From NCBI GenBank assembly GCA_039586365.1, contig JBDHKN010000064.1, forward strand, positions 1 through 39,787: a DNA stretch of 39,787 nt, read 5' to 3'. Position 1 is the stretch's first letter. Each line of letters opens with the position of its first letter. The notes under the pieces are model-generated. The model worked only from the letters and a program-made list of their open reading frames with translations. It was not told where the DNA came from and searched no databases. The translations under genes and the position numbers were made by a program. Shown here piece by piece: positions 38,348 through 39,787 of this stretch. The stretch is from Gemmatimonadota bacterium (GTDB taxonomy: Bacteria; Gemmatimonadota; Gemmatimonadetes; Gemmatimonadales; GWC2-71-9).

Positions 38348-39175
38348 TTAGCGGGTATCCGGGACGTACTGTTTCAGGAGCGTGTGGGGCTCTCTCGGAT
38401 ACCCGTCCGAGTAGGACGTGAGCACCCGGATGTCATCGTAATCAGCGTCCGCCGCTCCCCCAGGTGTGCGGTTGGCGTCAGAGCTCAGCACGATGGCCTC
38501 CGGGCGGTCCGGCGGTTCGGAGCCGAATATCTCCACATAATCCTGGTAGATATCGCGTTCGATGGTGATCCATTCCCCCAGCCGCTCGGTTCCGCTATTC
38601 AGCACGATGACGTAGGGACGCCCTCTGCCAGGCCGGTACGCCACGACCCCTGCCGGTAGCGTGGAGCTCCAGGCATATCTGATCGAAATCGGTGTCCAGG
38701 GGAACTTCTTGCCGAATACGACCAGTACGGATGCCGGGGTATCGTTCCTCTCGGTGATACGTTCGTCGGCACCTGGAGGTACCTCGTTCACGCGCCAGCG
38801 CCAGCTCAGGATGGGATACTCGTCGATGCGCCACTCGAAGCTCTTCTTTCGCACCTCCAGATAGACCGAGACCGAGTGACCCTCCCTGTGCTCGTCCCTG
38901 ATATGCAGATATTTGTTGCCGTCCTCCTCAGCGATCACCCAGCGAAAGACATCGATCTGTTTCCGCACCGCCTCTTCGCCGGTACCGGTGTCCCGATCCC
39001 GGCGCCACCGCCACCCGTCGGGGAACTGGCCGACCTCCTGTGATGAAAAGTCCTCGAACAGGGCGTTCTGCTGCCGCTGCTGTTCCACTTGGGGCGTTGC
39101 CGTTGGCGGAGCGGACAACCAGAAAAACAGCACTATTACGGCACCCAGCCCGATTCTCCAGAATTTGCCTCTCAT
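38348..39175 (-). CDS. DUF3047-domain secreted protein
   Basis: Signal peptide; YPILSWRWRV..P.GADE, RYAWSSTLP, W.T.ERD..DY..IFG and SDAN.T motifs. Confidence 0.85.
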   Translation of the reverse strand: MRGKFWRIGLGAVIVLFFWLSAPPTATPQVEQQRQQNALFEDFSSQEVGQFPDGWRWRRDRDTGTGEEAVRKQIDVFRWVIAEEDGNKYLHIRDEHREGHSVSVYLEVRKKSFEWRIDEYPILSWRWRVNEVPPGADERITERNDTPASVLVVFGKKFPWTPISIRYAWSSTLPAGVVAYRPGRGRPYVIVLNSGTERLGEWITIERDIYQDYVEIFGSEPPDRPEAIVLSSDANRTPGGAADADYDDIRVLTSYSDGYPREPHTLLKQYVPDTR

Positions 39176-39534
39176 GCTAGCTGACCCCCAAATCGAACCG
39201 CGGACACCATGGCGAAATGGTGACTGATACCCCACCAACGCTCGGTTGTCCCGGCCACAGACTGGCAAGCCGGCAACGCCGCGGTGTACCAGCGACTCCT
39301 GTCCCTGCTCCGAAGCGGGCGTAGGGAGACTGTTGACGGACTTGTGGCCGCACCCGGGCGCCGCGGCTTGGCATTGGATAGAGATCCAACCGGTCGCACA
39401 TGAGTCAGCCAGAACGCTCAGGGCGCCCGAGAAGTGCACCCGCGAACCGGGCCCGGACCGCGTGAACTGTCACCGAAGGCTCACAGGATCAACCTAGGTG
39501 TACGGAAGCGCGAAATGCAAGGAACGACCACGCG

Positions 39535-39787
39535 TTAGTCGACCGTTTCGGTGACTTTGGACGGCTCGGCTTTAGCAAAATCCCAGCGACGCCTCATCTC
39601 ACGCGCCGAATGCATGTGCATCAGGCCGGACGTTGCTCGTGCCTCAGACCGCAACTGACTGGCCTTCATCTTGAGCGAGTAGGCGAAAACAATGAACGTC
39701 GCGCCCGCGAAGAACGGCAACGCTAGTGGAAGCTGGCCGAAGATTGCCAGGATCATCACGATGAACGCGAACACATCGCGCTTCATC
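39535..39787 (-). CDS. C-terminus of a membrane protein, possibly a CDP-alcohol phosphatidyltransferase; truncated by window edge
   Basis: MKRDVFAFIVMILAIFG followed by a TM helix; catalytic DG.xAR motif not in window. Confidence 0.45.
   Translation of the reverse strand, partial: MKRDVFAFIVMILAIFGQLPLALPFFAGATFIVFAYSLKMKASQLRSEARATSGLMHMHSAREMRRRWDFAKAEPSKVTETVD

Noticed and set aside
39176..39534. Riboswitch, ncRNA or sigma-54 promoter upstream of the DUF3047 gene
   Set aside because: No recognisable RNA family motif; TGGTCGTTCCTTGCA has GG-N9-GC rather than the required N10 spacing

Overview
GC-rich bacterial window, probably Gemmatimonadota (inferred from the PadR/ADOP permease pair and typical secreted-protein families). 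It has three parts. (1) 1-6.8 kb is a scrambled accessory zone: many 5'- or 3'-truncated gene fragments, a vapBC toxin-antitoxin pair with a perfect 28-bp palindromic operator, a beta-propeller lipoprotein gene frameshifted at a G7 run, a 21-bp tandem array, and what looks like a decayed integrase att site next to a tRNA-like anticodon arm. (2) 6.8-24.3 kb holds unlinked accessory genes: serine hydrolase, S41 peptidase, ICMT-family methyltransferase, DUF4003, NTF2-like, DUF362, two divergent CGGC proteins, a YtcJ-type amidohydrolase, DinB, an alpha/beta hydrolase and PadR+ADOP. (3) 24.5-39.8 kb is more orderly: a biotin-dependent carboxylase operon with unusual subunits, then a cell-envelope cluster (Wzx flippase, two GT4s, a 6-repeat propeller, TolC, MlaC-like, MMPL/RND, DUF3047, partial membrane gene). 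That cluster is the best candidate for an uncharacterised glycolipid synthesis and export system. No rRNA, complete tRNA, CRISPR array, integrase or transposase was seen. Family calls come from motif recognition by eye; no database searches were run.
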